From assembly GCA_963785305.1 (NCBI GenBank), contig CAWAUV010000008.1, forward strand, positions 864,001 to 928,000: a DNA stretch of 64,000 nucleotides, read 5' to 3'. This stretch comes from an uncultured Planctomycetaceae bacterium (lineage in GTDB: Bacteria > Planctomycetota > Planctomycetia > Pirellulales > PALSA-1355). Of this stretch, positions 9,284-21,282 are shown in pieces. The position numbers and the translations under genes are program-made. A model generated the notes under the pieces. That model made no database searches. It was not told the origin of the DNA and saw only the letters and a list, made by a program, of their open reading frames with translations. Positions within the stretch are counted from its first letter, which is position 1; every line of letters starts with the position of its first letter.

Positions 9284-12107
9284 ATGCGACTCCGAATTTT
9301 TCACTCCCCGCTGGCCCTCGGGCCGGCCTTGGCGGTTGTCGCGGCGCTCGCGCCGTGCCTCGTTTGGGGCGCGGCATGCTCGGCGGGCGAGTTCACGCCC
9401 GACCCGCGCTCGGTCGAGCGCTCGGGACCGGCCTACCGCTATCCGCAAGCCGGCTGGACGGTGGTGCATATCGAAGGCGAGCCCTACGAGCGCGGCTTGC
9501 AGCATGGACATCTGCTCGCGGCCGAGATCGGGGCCTATGTGCGATGCTTGGCTACCGGGGCCAGCGTCAAGGCGCCCGTCGAGGCCTGGAAACAAACGCG
9601 TCTCTTGGTCAACTCGCTCTTTCTGCGGGGTTACTCGCCGGAGCAGCTCGAGGAAATGAAAGGCATCGCCGATGGCGCAAGCGCCGCGGCGCTCGCTTTG
9701 AAGGTCGCCCCATCGATTTGCTCGACATCGCCGTGCTCAACGCGCCCGATCGAGCTCGAAGCGCTCGAGCCGGCGCTCGACGCCACGCCCACCGGTCTCG
9801 AAGGCCGCGATCTCGCGGGCGCGAAAAGCAAAGGCTCGCCCGCGACCAGCGCCCCGCCCGCCGAGCCGGCTAGCCGCTCGCGACCGATGCGCTGCACGCG
9901 CCTTCGCCGCCACGGGCCCGGCGACGCGAGATGGCCGGATCGTGTTTGGCCATGTGACCATGTGGAAGCTGCATGCGGCCCACTACTACAACATCTGGCT
10001 CGACCTCAAACCGACTCGCGGCCATCGCGTCGTGATGCAAACGTTTCCCGGCGGCATGCACAGCAGCATGGACTATGCGATGAACGACGCCGGCCTCGTG
10101 ATGTGCGAAACCACGCTCGATCAAACCGGATTCAACAAACAAGGCGCACCGCTCGCGGCTCGCATTCGCGCCGCCGCCCAATATTCCGGCACGATCGATG
10201 AAATGGTGGCGATGCTCGAGCGCGACAATAATGGACTTTCGACCGAAGAATGGATTCTCGGCGATCTGAAGACAAATGAAATCGCGCTGTTCACTCTCGG
10301 CACGAACGCGCACAAGCTACTGCGCAGCGGCGCCGAGCAATGGATCGCCGGCGCGAAAGGCTTTTACTGGAGCTGCAACAACGACAAAGACCGCGCGGTG
10401 CGGCTCGAAACGATCGCGGCTCTCGATGCTCGGCCATCGAGCGTGGGGTCGTTTTCGCCCTCGAAGCGCGACATCGCGTGGTTGGCTCTCCATGACGCGT
10501 GGCGGGGGAAGTTCGACGCCGACGTGGCCCGGCAAGCGCTCCATTCGCCCTCGCTCGTGACCAGTTATTCGGTCGACGCGAAATTCGCCACCGCCGACAT
10601 GGCCTCGCGGCTCACGACCTGGGCCAGCTTTGGACCGCCCTCGGGCCACACCTGGAACCCGACCGACACGGAGCGAGCGCGCTACCCCGACATTCGGCCG
10701 CTGGTTTGCAATCCTTGGACCGTGCTGGCCGCGGCGTCGCCGGCGGCGGGCGACGACGACGATTATCCGGTGGTCGATATTCGCGGCGGCCACGACTCCG
10801 ACACCGCGGCGCAGGCCAAAAGCGAGCCCGATCCCAGTCCGGCGCCGGCTTGGCGCGGCACGCTCCTGCCGAAAACCGACGCCGATATTTGGCTCGCGAC
10901 CGCGTTCGCCAATTATGAACGCATCGTGGCGCTCGAGCGCGCGCTCCGGGCAAAGTCGGACCATCGCGAATTGAGCGACGCGGACCTCGATCATCTGGGA
11001 GTCTCGCTGTTTTATTATCGCGCGATTTACGAACTGGGGTCCCGGGCCGGCGCCGACACTCCGCTCGCCGAGATACACGCCGACCTTCGAAGCGATTCCT
11101 GGCGCCAAGTGGCGGCTGGCAAGGGAGTGCTCTTGCTCGCGGCGCTCCGGGCGCTGGCCGGGGCCGAGAAGTTCGATGCCTGGATGGACTCCTTCGGCCG
11201 CGCCCATGCCGGTCAGGAAGTGACCGCGGCCGAGTTTCAGTCGCATCTCGAAAAAGCAAGCGGCAAAAGTTGGGCGCCGTTTTTCGATGCCTGGCTCCAT
11301 CGCCCGGGCCTGGCGCGGCTGGAGCTCGGCCCCTGCGAAACGCGTCGCTCGGCGAGCGCTTGGATTACCCGGGTTACGGTGCGCCGCGACAAGCATTCGC
11401 CGCCGCTAGCCGTGCCGATCACGGTCGAAACCGCGAACTCCGACGCCACTCGCTGGGCGTCGCTCGACGACGAGCAGCGGGTCGTCGAGATCACGACCAG
11501 CGAGCGACCCGAGCAAGTGACCGTCGACAGATATGGGCTCGCCTCGCGCGGCGGCGGAGGGCCCTTCACGATTCTCACCTGCGAAAACGAGCTCGATCGA
11601 ACACTGATCGTTTACGGCACGCTCGACGATGAAGCCGCCAATCGCGAAGCGGCCCGGGTGTTGCAAATGGCGCTGCGGAGCCGCGATCAGGCGATCTCGG
11701 CCCCGATCAAGTCGGACACCGAAACCACGCCCGACGACTTGGCCCGGCGTCATCTGGTGCTCGTGGGTGGACCGGAGACGAACCGGCTCGCGGCGCACTT
11801 TCGCGATCGCTTGCCAGTGTCGTTCGGATCGCATTCCTTCGTGGTGCGCGATTTGGCTTATGCCAACGCGGGAACGGCGGTGCTGTTGGCGGCCGAGAAC
11901 CCGCTGGCGCCGCGCTACTCGCTCGTGGTCGTGGCCGGACTGAGCGGGGCGGCGACGGTTCAAGCGGCGGGGCGTTTCGACTCGGACAACCTGACGTATG
12001 CCGAGGTCGTGGTGCTGCCTGGCGGCGATGGCGAGCATAGTTTCGTCACGCCACCCAAGTCGCTGGTGCGCGAACTCGATGATAAGGCGAGCGCGGCCAC
12101 GCGATAA
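9284..12107 (+). CDS. C45/Ntn-hydrolase family protein fused to an M1-peptidase-like C-terminal region; frameshifts ~9700-9900
   Basis: HIEGEPYERGLQHG, EEMKGIADG, probable nucleophile Cys at PMRC, NDAGLVMCETT; later KGVLLL..L....G.EKF..FFDAWL. Confidence 0.75.
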
Positions 12108-12138
12108 CATTCATGGATAACACCCGCCACGCGCGATC

Positions 12139-14041
12139 TCAGCGCCGGGGACGAGCCATGTTGGCTTGCCGGGGTCCATCGTCTGGCGCGTCGGCGAGCC
12201 CGGGCCGGCCCAAGAGCAGCAGGTGGTGGCTGCGGAGAAACGACGCATAGTCACCCAGAACCTCGACATCGCGAGGCAGGAGCGGCCGAATGGTTTCGTA
12301 CTCCGCCGAGGGCACGACAAGAAACGTCGGCGCCCGGGGTCCGTCGAACACGGCCACGGCGGCGGCGGCCGTCGGCGCTTCGTCGACCACGTGCTTGGCG
12401 TAAAAGACGAGGCTCGGCCGCGAATGATGGTAGCCGACGATCTTCGGCTCGGCGCCATGGGAGTGTTCTAAGATGCGGGCCGCCATCGGCGCGGTGTATT
12501 GAAAATCATCGACGCGCACCGCCCCCAGTCCCATCACGCCGCAAAGAAACAAGACTCCGCCAGCGGCCACGGCGCCCAATGCCCGACTTGGCCGGCCGCG
12601 TTCGCTTTCGATCCAGCCATAGATCGCCGCGGCCAAGAGCGGGGCCGCGAGCAGGCTCCAGTGCAGCTCCCAAACATGGCTAAGAAAGTGTTCGATGGCC
12701 CAGGGGAGCCCGATCGCGGTCGCCAGCCCCACCACGCCGAGCACGATAAACGCCGAGCGGCTCCAAAATCGCGACACGCTCGCCGGGGCTTCGAGCCATC
12801 CGACCACGAAGCGGGCAATCAGAAAGCGCAGCCGCCGGATAAGCCGGCGCGATATAGCTGGGCAACTTGGTGCCGGAGAGCGAAAAGAACACCGTCCACG
12901 CCCCGAGCCACGAGACCAGCAGCAGGTCGCCCGTCATCGTCGCGTCGCGCGCTTCGAGGCGCCGCGCCGCGCTCATGCAAGTGGGTGACAGGAAGATCGA
13001 CCAGGGAAACAGTCCCACGAGCAGCGCGACGACATAATAAACGATCGGTCCGCCGTGATTTTCCATCGGCTGCATGAACCGGCCGAAATTATGCACGCCG
13101 AAAAACCCCACCAGCCAGGCTCCGTCCGTTCGATAGCCGACCAGCGCGTACCACGGCCCGGCAATGACGAGCGTCGCCAAGAGCGCGAGGTCCGGCCGCA
13201 TCGCCAGCCCAACTCGCAGCCAGCGGCGGGGAGAGGTCATGGCCGCGAGCAGTGAGGCGAATCGGGCCAGCCGAGATCGCGGCGCGGTGGCCGAGGATTC
13301 GGCGCCATTGGACGCGGCGTGGCGCAATCGCGCCGTTTCCGTGGATACGAGAAGCACCTCGCGGCTCACGAGAAACACCGCCCAGCTCGCCACCGGCAGC
13401 ACAATTGCAACCGGACCCTTGACCAGAATCCCCAGGCCGAGAAATGCATACGCGAGCGCATAGGTTGAGGTCGTCAAGCGGGCGCCAGGCGCCACGCCGC
13501 GAGCAAACATTACCGTGCCCAGCGTGCAAAACAGGGTAAGCCAAGCGTCGGGAGTAGCGGCGCGGGCAATCAGCGAAAACTGCAAGCACACGCCAAGGAT
13601 CACGCCGCCCCAAAAGCCGACCCGCGCCGAGAACAGCCGCCGACCGATCGCGTAGGTCACGAGCACCGTGGCCAAGCCGGCCAGCGCCGAGCCGCAGCGG
13701 GCCGCGAACTCATTACAACCAAACAGCTCATAGCCGAGCATGATGCCCCAGTACAACCAGGGCGGCTTATGCGTAAACAACTCGCCGTTGTACACCGGCG
13801 CCACCGGATCGCCGGCGACGAACATCTCGCGCACCGTCTCGGCGAAGATCGCTTCGTCGACATCCCAAAGCCGCACCCCGCCCAGTTGAAAAAAGAACAC
13901 GACCGCGCTCAGCAGCGCAAGCCAAACAAGATCGCGCCGGGCCGCGCTATCCCACGCGGGCGACGGCGCCCCGCGATCCTCCGGCGACGCCGGCGCCGCG
14001 GCATACCAGCGGAAGAACCCAAGCTTGCGATACCAAGCCAC
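12139..14041 (-). CDS. ArnT/PMT-family (GT39/GT83-like) glycosyltransferase, frameshift ~12820
   Basis: LWDVDEAIFA, HKPPWLYW, LVKGPV, TKLPSYIAP, many TM helices; start uncertain. Confidence 0.85.
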
Positions 14042-14264
14042 GCGACGACCCTCGCATACCAGGGGAGCATGTCACGATGAAGCCCACCGCAAATGCCCGA
14101 CGGACAAGCCACTGTCCTTCGGCCAAGCGCCAGCAATGCCGGCAGCGCAGCTTCGCATGACGAAAAAGGAAGCGAAGTGTAAATGTGAGTCCCCGGCGAG
14201 ACAACGCCAAAATATGGGGCCAGAGCCTCGCGGCTTCGCGCCGATCCGTGAGACGCCGGATAAT

Positions 14265-15534
14265 CTAACCCGCGGACGGCGATGTCTCGTCGGCGAGATA
14301 GCCATAGCGGCGCATCGCGTGGCCCCAGCGGGCGGCGATTGCTTGCTCCTGGGCCGCGTCGAGCCGGTGCTGGTTGACGCGAAAATTCCGCGAGCGCGAA
14401 TTCTCGAAATACTCCAGCAGCTTCGGTTCCACATGCTCGAATTCGCCTAGCTCGAAGCGGTCGTAGATCGCGCGGGTCTCCGACACCGGGTCACGCACTA
14501 GGTCCTCATCGCGCACTTCGCAAAGCTGATGCTCGGCCAGTCGCGGGCGATCGCGTTCGAAGGCGGCGTACATCCGCTCGAAGCACGCCAAGATCGATTC
14601 TTCCGAACCCTCGACCGGCGGCTTTTGAAATGACTGCGATTCGTAGAGCGTCTTCCAAAGCTTGACGGTCGACGAATACACAGCCCGCGGATCGCGCACG
14701 ATATGCACGAACCGCGCATCGGGAAACAGATCGAGCAACACGCCTACCCGCGCCGAATGCGGCGGACTTTTGAGCACGATTCGCCGTGGATCGGCGCACG
14801 TCACCGTTTGCAAAAAGCGGAGCAGCGATTGCCGCCAGCACCACGAACTCGGGCGACTGCTCGCCGAGATCGAGATATTGGGCATATTTGTCGCGATCGC
14901 GCGGAAACGCCAAATGCAGATATGGCGACGGCACGCCCATATTGCACAAGGCAAACTCATCTTCCTGCGGACGATGCCAGCCCATTTGCATATCGTCCAT
15001 CGGTCGTTGGGCCGGCAGCAGAAACGTGAGCTTGGTCGCCCACCAGCTCGACACCAGGAAATGATCCGGGCTCATGCACTGGAAAGTCGTCGGCGAGGTG
15101 AAACGCTCGTCGAGCGTGAGCAGTTCATGCAGGAGCGTGGTGCCGGAGCGCCAGTGGCCGATGATGAAGATCGGCGGCCCCACGAGCTTGGTCTCGGCGA
15201 TGCGGCGGCCATGGCGCTTGCGTTGCCACCAGCTCGTGGCGGAGTTGACCAGACTGGCGAAGCTCACGGTGCTGGCCAAGCCATAGTCCTTGAGCCGGAT
15301 CGTGCCAGCGTGCTGCCACAACAAGGGGGCCCACACACTGAGCCGCATGCCATGCCAGAATCGGGCCGCGTACCAGCGATAGGGATTTGTCTCGTGCGGT
15401 TTGAGCGTGGGCCGCTCGGCGGACGCGGATTGCATGGCGGACGGCGGCGCACTTGAAGCAGAGTCGCCGGGAGTCGCGCCGGCGGATTGCGAGGCGGTCG
15501 GCTCGGGGACAGTGGAATCTTGGCGAACGCTCAT
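14265..15534 (-). CDS. Sulfotransferase family protein, frameshift ~14840
   Basis: PAPS loop IIGHWRSGTTLLH, PQEDEF, LKSPPH, HIVRDP. Confidence 0.9.
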
Positions 15535-15627
15535 GGCAAACTATTGGCGAGGCGAAACTTCAGGAGACGGCAAGGCGCCGCGACGTCGATCAAGCACGCG
15601 CGCCGATCAGAGCAAAACAAGGCGTCC

Positions 15628-15804
15628 CTAGTGCTCTATCACGGGCTGAAATGATGGATTGGATTCGTTCCGTGTGCCATGCCCACGGCCCTGCGTGGGC
15701 ATGAGTGCCGTGCGTTGCGCTTGAGAACATGCCCACGCAAGCGTGGGCATGGCACACTCGCAAACCGAATCCAACCTGCCATTTCGACTGTGACAATGCA
15801 CTAG
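15628..15804. mobile_element. REPIN/MITE-like 177-bp element with CTAG ends and two internal CATGCCCAC..GTGGGCATG palindromes
   Basis: Ends CTAGTGCTCTATCAC / GTGACAATGCACTAG; homologous copy at 50195-50363. Confidence 0.8.
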
Positions 15805-15919
15805 CTTAACAACGCGAGCCATCGCATGCCACGAGCTTCGCGGAGGTTGGCGAGACGCGAAACCCATTCTCCCGCCAGCGGGCCTTGGCGAGACGCCCCC
15901 CCAAGCGCACGGCGACAAA

Positions 15920-16528
15920 CTATCGCGATTCCGTTTCGGTTGCACTCGCGCGACGGGCCACGGTTTGCAGCACTGCCTGCATCGCCAGGGTCACATCGCC
16001 GCTGGGCTTCTTGCCCACGATCCGATTCAACGGCACTCCCCGCACCGACACGAACTGCACGGTGGGAAACGCCTGGACCCGAAACTGTTGGCAGACTTCG
16101 GCCTCGGAGTCGGCGTCGACCTCGACGCACACAAAGTTTTGCGAGAGCGCCACCACATTCCGCTCGCCAAAGGCTTCGGCCGCCATCTGGTGGCAATAGC
16201 GGCACCAGTCGGCCGTGAAAAAGACAAGCATCGGTTTGCCGCTGGCCTGCGAGCGGCGGCAACCATCGGCATAGTCATGGATGAAGTCGATACGCTGCGC
16301 ACTGTCGCTCGCCGAGTCGGGCGGCGAAGCGTCGAGCGCGGCGCTCGGCTCGATCGCCGCCGGCGCATGTTCGGCGTCGGCCTGCAAGGTCGAGTCGCTC
16401 CTAAGGCCGCATCCGGTCAGGGCCAACGCGCAAATTGCCGCGCCGAGCGTGGCCGCCAAGCGCGATTGCGGATTCGTCATTACGATTCGTTTGAACAATT
16501 CACGGTTCCTCATGCGATCTTGCGACAT
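15920..16528 (-). CDS. Thioredoxin-family lipoprotein
   Basis: Lipobox LTGC; FTADWCRYC; FPTVQF. Confidence 0.88.
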   Translation of the reverse strand: MSQDRMRNRELFKRIVMTNPQSRLAATLGAAICALALTGCGLRSDSTLQADAEHAPAAIEPSAALDASPPDSASDSAQRIDFIHDYADGCRRSQASGKPMLVFFTADWCRYCHQMAAEAFGERNVVALSQNFVCVEVDADSEAEVCQQFRVQAFPTVQFVSVRGVPLNRIVGKKPSGDVTLAMQAVLQTVARRASATETESR

Positions 16529-16747
16529 CCGAGTTCGCGCTTGGCGTCTCGGGCGGCGGTTGCATTGTTTGTCGGTCGAATGCCCGCCGCGACTTGAGCG
16601 GGAGCGTTATACCGGCTGCGCTTGCCGCTCGCCAAGATCAGCTCCAGGCCAGCATGCCAGTAGCGCCGGCATTGCGCGCATCGCGCGCCGCGAAACGAGC
16701 GCGGGGAATTCGCGGGCCGCGAACTAGCGAGCCGCTTCGACCGGCAT

Positions 16748-18366
16748 TCACTTTGCCGCGGAGGACGGCGCCGACTTTTGTTCGAGCCCGCGCGCGCAGC
16801 CGATTGCCGTGGCGCTGCGGCGAATCGTCGTCGTTGTAGAGCGCGATCGCCTTGGACGTGTCGCCCGAAGCTTCATAGGTTCGCGCCAGATTGTACTGCG
16901 CGGCCTGGGCCAAGATTCCGTCGGGCGCTTCGCGCAACATGCGATTCCAAAAGAAGTCGATCGCCACCGGGTAATCGCGCTCCTCGAAGGCGATCATGCC
17001 CAACCAGAAGGTGGCCATCTGCTTCGCGTCGGCCAGCAATTGCCGTTGCCGCGCGTTGAGCCGCGCACTTTGCAGCTCGATGTCCGAAGGGCGAGCGGCC
17101 ATGAGCATTCGCCGCGCGCCAACCGCTTCGTCGACCGTGTTGCGCGGCGCGGCCTCAACTTCGATGTCGTCGATATCGCCGCGCCGTCGCGGCTTGGCCG
17201 AGCGGCCATCGGGCTCGTCGAGCTGGCCCTTGAACGCCAAGGCCCGGCCAAACGACAACTGGGGCGACTCCAGCGGCAACAGGTCTTTCATCACCGCTTC
17301 GCGCGTCGCGGCGTCGAGATGCGCTTGTTGGCGGAGCGTCTCGAAGGGCAGCGGCCAGAGCGCGGGCTTCGCCAAGTGTTTGATTTTCTCCAGCCGGCCC
17401 GCGAGCACCGTCGGCGCCACGCTGAGCACGATCTTATTCGCCCCCGCCAAGCGAGTCTCGATCATTCGCATGCACTTGGCCAAAAAGTCGGGCGAAGCCT
17501 CGATCCAGGGCACGACCGACTCCAAATCCCGGGACTCGACCCCGTAGCGATGTTTCGCATCGAGATCGAGCGCGCGGAGCAGCGAATCGTCGGCCGCGAG
17601 CTCGGCGAGCGTGGCCACGCCCTTGCCGCCGGCGCCTGCCAGCGGAAGCCCCAAGCGAGGATCAAAGAGATAGAGATCCTGATCCTTGACGAGCGCCGCG
17701 ACCCAGGCGCACGGTGGACCATCGGGCCGCGGAAGCGCCAGCGCCACGACATCGAGCCCGCACTGCCGCGCGAGCAGCGAAAAAATCCACGCCCGCTGCT
17801 CGGCCGTCGCGCGAGCCATCATCAGAATCTCGCGCGGGCCATGCGGCGGCGCAGGACCCGCGGGACCGGAGTCGGGCGAGAGCTGGAAATTTCGCACGGT
17901 CCAATCGAACAAGCGCTCGGCGGTTTCGACATCATCAAACGCGCCCGCCCGCACCCGGCGACCGATATGGCGCGAGCCACACGGCTTGCTGCAGGAAAAA
18001 AACATCCTGGTCCGAATAACGGGCCAAACCCAACACCCGCACATCGGCGAGCTCGGCATATTGGGGCGGAAGCTCGGCCAACATCGGATCGAGCCGCCAT
18101 TCGACGGTCGGCTGTTCGTTGATCACCCATTGATTGAGCCGATCACGCACTTGCGGGATCATGCGGCCGACATGAAACTCCTCAAGGTGGTTGATGTTCT
18201 CGCCCACCGAGCGAATCAACTCGCCGTGGGTCTCGACTTGCGTGGCGGACTTCGCGGCTTGCGGTCGCCGGGCTCGCTGCCGATCGCAAGCAGGAATCAC
18301 GATTCCGAAGGCGGCGAGCGCGATCAAGCCGCCGCGCCGCGCGAGAGCAACAATGCGCCGCATCAT
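16748..18366 (-). CDS. Conserved TPR-containing (lipo)protein, frameshifts ~17965 and ~16790
   Basis: Fragments MMRRIVAL.., [21 protein letters not shown]-like [10 protein letters not shown]; end inferred from frame restoration. Confidence 0.65.
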
Positions 18367-19193
18367 GGGAACTTCTCCACGGTGGCGCGAATCGCCAGCA
18401 AGCGCTCGAGCACCGCGGCGAATTGATCCAGCGGAATCATGTTCGGCCCATCGCTGGGCGAGCGGTCCGGGTCGGGATGCGTCTCGAAGAACAGACCATC
18501 GACTCCCAGGGCCGTGGCCGCGCGGGCCAGCGGCTCGACCATCTCGCGATTTCCGCCCGTCGCGGCGCCAAGACCGCCGGGCTCTTGCACGCTGTGCGTG
18601 GCGTCGAACACAACCGGCGCACCGAGCGCCCGCATCTGCGGAATTGCCCGCATATCGTTCACCAGTCGGCCGTAGCCAAAAAAGGTGCCTCGTTCGCAGA
18701 GCAGCACTTGGTGGCAGCCGGCCCCGTTGAGCTTGGCGAGCACATGCCGCATGTCCCACGGCGCGGCGAACTGCGGTTTCTTGACATTCACCGCGCGGCC
18801 CGTGGCGGCGGCCGCCAGCAGCAGATCGGTCTGCCGGGCCAAGAAAGCCGGAATTTGCAAGAGGTCGCACACTTCGGCCACGAGCGGCGACTTGATGCGA
18901 TTCATGGATGTCGGTCGTCACCGGCAGCCCGGTCTGTTTCTTCACCTCGGCCAGCACTTCCAGCCCCGCGGCGAGCCCCGCGCGCGAAAAGCGCCGCCAC
19001 TGGTGCGGTTGGCTTTGTCGAACGACGCCTTGAACACCAAATTCACTCCGAGTCTCGCGGCGATTTCCTTGAGCCTACCGGCGATCGAGAGCGTGAGCTC
19101 GGGGGTCTCGATCACGCATGGCCCGGCAATCAGCAACAAGGGCTGACCCCGGCCGCAAAGGTAAGGCCCGATCGAAGCAGGATTGGCGGTCAC
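18363..19193 (-). CDS. kdsA: KDO-8-phosphate synthase, frameshifts ~18970 and ~18890
   Basis: [52 protein letters not shown]. Confidence 0.95.
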
Positions 19194-19210
19194 GCGAGCG
19201 GTTCCCTGGG

Positions 19211-20301
19211 CTATCGTCGTGTTGATGGGAGCGGACATGGATCGGCCGGGCTGGCAAGACGAGCCAGCGCCGCCGCGGGAGCAACCAGCCGCACGCGGCC
19301 GGCGAGCGTTTCGATTTCGAGCGGCAACCATCCCCCTGGATCGCCATCGAGTTGCAACGGCGCCGGCGAATCGCTCGTCACGATCAGCGAGCGCGTCCGC
19401 AACACCCGGCAATCCGGTAGCCGGGCGTGGCGGCCGGCGAGCACATATCCCAAGTATCGCAAGCCGTGCCAAATTGAGCCATACCTCAAGGCGCACAGGT
19501 CGAGCAGCCCGTCACACGCTTGGGCTTCGGGCGTGAAGTCGAGTCCGCCGGCATAGCATGCCAAATTTTGCACGAACAGCCAACCGGCCTCGAACTCGAC
19601 CTCCGTTCCCGGCCCGTCGATTGCCGGCCAAACTTCGCCCGCGCGAAATTCCGCGTTGGGCTCCAGCGAGCGCACGCCGATACACCGGCAGCGCAAGCGT
19701 GGATACGTGTAACTACGCATGCATCGCAAGATTGGTTTGGCATAGCTCGATTTGCGAATGTGGCCCGTGCGAGCGGCGTGCAATTCGGCCACCACCGCGG
19801 CGTCGAAACCGATGCTCGCCGTCGCGAGAAACACGCGCCCCGCGGTGGCCGACGACTTGGCCTCGGCGGAGGACATGGCGCCGTGGGGCCGCGAAGCGGC
19901 GCGGGCCACGGCCGCGTCGATCCGGAGCGACTTGCCGGCGGCCAGCATCGCGGCAAAGTGGTCCGGCCGCGGTGTGATTCCAAGATGATTCGCCACCAGA
20001 TTGGCGGTTCCGAGCGGAAACACGGCGAGCGGAGTGTCGGGCGAGACGCGATTGACCAGTTCGGCCAGCGTGCCATCGCCACCCGCCGCGACCACGGCCC
20101 GCAAACTTCGCTCGCGAAGCGAATCGGCCGCGGCTTGCGTGATGGCGTCGAGATCGGTGAACACCTGGGCTTCGAGCCCTCGCGCGCCGAGGGCAGCGAC
20201 CAAGGCGGCGACGCTTTCGCGCGACGATCGCGCGCCGAGCGCGGATTGACGGCAATCGGCACGAAGCGAGCATCGTCGGGCATGGTTTCGAGCGTGGACA
20301 T
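19211..20301 (-). CDS. Diacylglycerol/lipid kinase family protein (frameshift near start)
   Basis: VNPRS, AAGGDGTL, PLGTANL, SIGFDA, QLDGDP. Confidence 0.88.
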
Positions 20302-20364
20302 CGCCCGAGAGTATGCCAGCCGCCGGCTCCGCGTTCAACGCCCGTCCGAAATCGCGCGGCGCGA

Positions 20365-21027
20365 TCAGTGCATGAACTGATCGTGCCAGATTTTGAGGCC
20401 AATGAGCGCGGCAGTCACGGCCACCACGGCGTTGTACTCACGGCTGAGCATCCACTGGCTGAGCCGCCAACCGGACAGCGTGGGCCAAGAAAATCGCCGC
20501 GGGGAGAATCTCGCGGTGCGAGCGGTGTACCGCGGCCATTCGGTCGGATACATCTTCGCCAGCAGGCGTTCCTCGCTCAGCACCTTGGGCACATAAATGA
20601 TCGGAATCACGACCAACATGATCCACACATTCATCAAGTCGTCGATCAGCAGGCAGAAGCCGACGATCATGAGAAACGATCCGAGATACAGCGGATTGCG
20701 GGCAAAGGCATAAGGCCCTTCGGTCGTCAGCCGATCGTTTTTGATCAGAAAGCCGGCCGCCCAACTTCGCAACGCCAATCCGCCCAACACGCCGGCAAGG
20801 CCGCAGAGCGTGACCGGATCGCCCGGGCTCGCCAAATCCTTGGGAACCACTTTGCTCACTAGGTCAACGATCATCATCGTCGAGAACACGAGCATTGAAA
20901 TAAAGATGCGGCGCCGAATGATCAATTCACGCAGCCGCGCGAACTGCATTCGCAATGTGGCGCCCGACGAATTCGTGGTTGTGTCGACCGACATGATGGG
21001 ACAAGAAGCCTCGGTTTGAACCGGCAT
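20365..21027 (-). CDS. ICMT/PEMT-family membrane methyltransferase
   Basis: LTTEGPYAFARNPLYLG, EERLL, TM helices. Confidence 0.85.
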   Translation of the reverse strand: MPVQTEASCPIMSVDTTTNSSGATLRMQFARLRELIIRRRIFISMLVFSTMMIVDLVSKVVPKDLASPGDPVTLCGLAGVLGGLALRSWAAGFLIKNDRLTTEGPYAFARNPLYLGSFLMIVGFCLLIDDLMNVWIMLVVIPIIYVPKVLSEERLLAKMYPTEWPRYTARTARFSPRRFSWPTLSGWRLSQWMLSREYNAVVAVTAALIGLKIWHDQFMH

Positions 21028-21247
21028 GAAATTTCTCCGCGGGCACTATAGAAAGGCGGCGAGTTCGGCGCCAGGGATGTTTGGCGAGCGCGTATTACGG
21101 CGAGAGATAGACTTGTTTTCGGACGCGCAGGGCGCGAAAAATTGCGCATACCGGACGGCGGGATGAAGAATCGACGAATGCCAGCATTGGCATGATTTGG
21201 TATCGCGAAATGCCGGAAACACGCGGGGCGCATGGCGCCGCTAGCAG

Positions 21248-21282
21248 CTAGCAACCTGTTGAAATATTCATCAGGCTGCTAG
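21248..21282. repeat. AGCAGCCTGTT-type palindrome, copy 2 (CTAG-bounded)
   Basis: CTAGCAACCTGTTGAA-ATA-TTCATCAGGCTGCTAG; its CTAG supplies the oxidoreductase stop codon. Confidence 0.75.

Noticed and set aside
18363..19193. kdsA pseudogene or programmed frameshift
   Set aside because: Motifs are intact, no slippery site is evident, and similar indels occur throughout the window.
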